This document shows, in pieces, positions 60,707 to 64,000 of a stretch of DNA of 64,000 nt (position 1 is the stretch's first letter; every line of letters starts with the position of its first letter). The position numbers and the translations under genes were made by a program. A model generated the notes under the pieces. The model worked only from the letters and a program-made list of their open reading frames with translations. It was not told where the DNA came from and made no database searches. The DNA comes from Leucoraja ocellata (taxonomy: Eukaryota), in assembly GCA_036785375.1 (NCBI GenBank), contig JAWMAR010000045.1:3658001-3722000 (forward strand). The letters run 5' to 3'.

Positions 60707-63700
60707 TATTATTTTTTAATTTTTATTTTATTAACAAGAACAAAACAGTCGTCATATAAAATTATACAATTATTCTACTGCTTCAATTTTTACCTTTTAA
60801 CTTGAAAATAAGGGAAAAGACAAGAGAAAGAACAAGAGAGAGTAAAAGTGAAAGGTGAAAAGATAAGACCCCTAGACTACTAAAGTAGTGTGGCCAAAGA
60901 GTGAATAAAGATGTAAGAAAGGAGAAGGAAAAAAAAGGAAAAAAAAGAAAGAAAAAAGTGAAGATATACCTGCCTCTCGTTTCCCCCCCCCCCCCCCCCC
61001 CACCCACCTCACCCAACCCATAGTTGGATTTAAATCCAAAGTTGTGTTGCGCCATACTATCTTTGTAGGAATTCGGTGAAGGGAGTCCATGTGTTGAAAA
61101 ATTGGTCTGTTTTTTCTGCCAAGACAAGCCTAATATTTTCCAAATGTAGTCTCGAACATGTTTGTAAACCACATCTTAACAGTAGGGACTGATGTGTGTT
61201 TCCAAAATGTAAGTATTAGTTTTTTCGCCGTTATCAGGCCATAATTAAGGAAACGTCTTTGAAATAATGTTAGATCAGAACAAGCTTCTGACGTACCTTG
61301 AGTGATCAGTTCAGTGTCGAGGTCCAATTTTATTTTAAGTATTTTAGAAAAAAATTCAAAAATTCACCCTCCCGAAATTGTGTAATTTTATACTAGAGGC
61401 AAAATAATGGGTTATAGTTGCTTCCTGAAGGAGACATTTATCATAAATAGGAGAAACATTTGGGAAACATAGAAATTAGGTGCAGGAGTAGGCCATTCGG
61501 CCCTTCGAGCCTGCACCGCCATTCAATATGATCATGGCTGATCATCCAACTGAGTATCCCGTACCTGCCTTCTCTCCATACCCCCTGATCCCCTTAGCCA
61601 CAAGGGCCACATCTAACTCCCTCTTAAATATAGCCAATGAACTGGCCTCAACTACCCTCTGTGGCAGAGAGTTCCAGAGATTCACCACTCTCTGTGTGAA
61701 AAAAGTTCTTCTCATCTCGGTTTTAAAGGATTTCCCCCTTATCCTTAAGCTGTGACCCCTTGTCCTGGACTTCCCTAACATCGGGAACAATCTTCCTGCA
61801 TCTAGCCTGTCCAACCCCTTAAGAATTTTGTAAGTTTCTATAAGATCCCCTCTCAATCTCCTAAATTCTAGAGAGTATAATAATAATAATAATAATAATG
61901 TTTATTTATATAGCACTTTTCAACAAAACCAGTATTTGAACCAAAGTGCTTTACAGAGATTGATTAAATTAATTGAACAGATCAAATGTCAATAAATCCA
62001 TACAAAACAAAAAAGAGAAAAAGAAAAAAAAAAAAAAACAGAACAGTACACTATAGAAATCAACATGAAACGTCCCCCCACAGCAGAATTCACTGTGAGG
62101 GAAGGCACTAAAAATATCCAGTTCTCCCCCTCATAGTCCACCCGAGGTCGGGGTCTATATGTGGCCTCCTCAGCCAAGTCTATCCAGTCTTTCTTCATAA
62201 GACAGTCCTGACATCCCAGGAATCAGTCTGGTGATCCGTCTCTGCACTCTCTCTATGGCAATAATGTCCTTCCTCAGATTTGGAGACCAAAACTGTATGC
62301 AATACTCCAGGTGTGGTCTCACCAAGACCCTGTACAACTGCAGTAGAATGTCCCTGCTCCTATACTCAAATCCTTGTGGAAGATCTTATTCAGTTTAGAC
62401 TTTGAATAATAAAGTCTGTGCAGTATTTTAAATTGTATCAGCAAATGCCTGACGTTAAGAGAACAGTTGTGTATTTTCTCCCATCTGTCTTTTAAAATTG
62501 TTAGGCCGAGTTCATCTTCCCAAGCTCGTCTAATTACTTCCGACGATGGGGTTTGTATATTTAAAAGGGTATTATAAAGGGACGATATTAACTTATTTGA
62601 ATCCGTGTTTCTATTCATACATTTGTCTAGTATAACCATATATTGACAGTCTTGGGTATATGATTTCAGATAGTCTCGTATTTGAACATATCTAAAGTAT
62701 TGGTTACCTTTCAGATGATATTTCGACTGTAATTCTTGAAATGAGAGAAGAGTTCCGGTCTCATAAAGGTCGCCCAGTTTTTTAATTCCTAATCTTTCCC
62801 AGTATGTGAACGTCTTGTCTAAAATAGACGGCTTAAACGAGAGATTATTGGCGATTGGTGAGAGAAGAGATAAATTTCTCAGTATAAGGGTTGACTTCAC
62901 TTGTTTCCAGATTCGTAGGGTATTATGGATAATCGGATTTTTCTCATATACTGTTTTCTTCAAATTCATTGGAGAGAGGAGAATAGCGTCTATATTAAAA
63001 GGCGAACAATCTTCTCTCTCCATAATTAACCTGTTTACCTGTTGGCATGTGTTGTCCATCCAATAGATTACGTTTTTAATATTCGTTGCCCAGTAATAGT
63101 ACAAAAAATTGGGGAGAGCCAATCCGCCAATTTCTTTGGGTTTACATAGGTGTCGTTTATGGATTCTGTGTGTTTTATAATCCCAAATAAAGTTTGTGAT
63201 CAGAGAATAAAGTTGATTTTTTTTTTTTTTAGGGAGATAAATCGGTATTGATTGAAATAGGTACAGGATTTGTGGAAGGAAGATCATCTTTATGGCATTT
63301 ATTCTACATATGAGGGAAATCGGAAGCGTTTTCCAAAATTGAATAAGGGCATTTAGTTTGGTAATTAATGGTGGAAAGTTTGCTTGAAATAAAGAAGTAT
63401 ATTTTCTAGTTACGCAAACTCCATGACTCCAAAAACTCTGTAGCAATTCTAAAAGGGAATTTTAGAAGGTGTGTCGGATCTTGAGGCTTTATTGACATAA
63501 TTTCATTTTTGTTCCAGTTTATTCTATATCCTGAAAAGGAACCGAATTCCTCTATAAGATTTAGTATGTTTGGAATGCTAACTTGGGAATTGGTGATATA
63601 TAGTAGTACATCATCTGCATACAATGATATTTTATTAGTATTAGTATTATAGCCATGAATATTTGGATGTACTCTTATACTTTCTGCTAAAGGTTCAATC

Positions 63701-64000
63701 GCAAGGGCAAATAACAGGAGTGATAGTGCACACCCCTGTCTATTGCCCCTGGATAGCTGAAATTTAGGTGAGAGTATTTGATTAGTCAGTATTCTGGCAG
63801 TCGGCTTGTCATATAGCAACTTTATTCATGAAATAAAATTTTCTCCTAATTGAAATGTTTGCAATACTGTAAAAAGATATTTCCATTCTACTTGGTCAAA
63901 TGCTTTTTCTGCATCTAATGAAATAATTGATGTCTTCCTTTATCGTTCTATGTGAATACATTATATTAACCACATGTCTCAAGTTGTTGAATGAGTGTCT
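60707..64000 (-). mobile_element. L1-clade LINE ORF2 (RT and C-terminus), interrupted by CR1 61464-62375
   Basis: [63 protein letters not shown] and GGLALPNF.YYYWA motifs; A-rich tail near 60707-60735. Confidence 0.92.
61464..62375 (-). mobile_element. CR1 3' fragment itself interrupted by a truncated copy of the (ATT)n-tailed retroposon (61879-62177)
   Basis: CR1 breaks at gagagtataa and resumes at gccaagtctatccag; the insert matches 9058-9354. Confidence 0.9.

Overview
Repeat-dense vertebrate genomic DNA, most likely from a cartilaginous fish (skate/ray). That is inferred from the HE1-type V-SINEs and HER1/CR1-type LINE tails; it is not prokaryotic. The minus strand carries the last six coding exons of an OATP4C1-like organic anion transporter (slco4c1; exons 60459-60264, 56271-56115, 48598-48432, 30065-30001, 21250-21113, 15751-15633). 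All have AG/GT boundaries and compatible phases. About 335 bp past its stop codon, a second gene that I cannot name begins on the same strand. It has three intact phase-0 exons followed by a long, disabled, TE-interrupted coding region, so it is a candidate unitary pseudogene that the ORF track does not reveal. The rest is a nested TE landscape: many CR1 fragments; Rex1, L1 and Crack/L2-like LINEs; a Penelope element with hammerhead-ribozyme motifs; a young 1.56-kb gag-only LTR element; a decayed Gypsy; BEL/Pao remnants and solo LTRs; five non-autonomous Helitrons, one hosting a 2.5-kb 30-bp satellite; a Harbinger remnant; a foldback MITE; and TIR elements with 7-bp TSDs. All calls come from reading and hand translation; no database searches were run.
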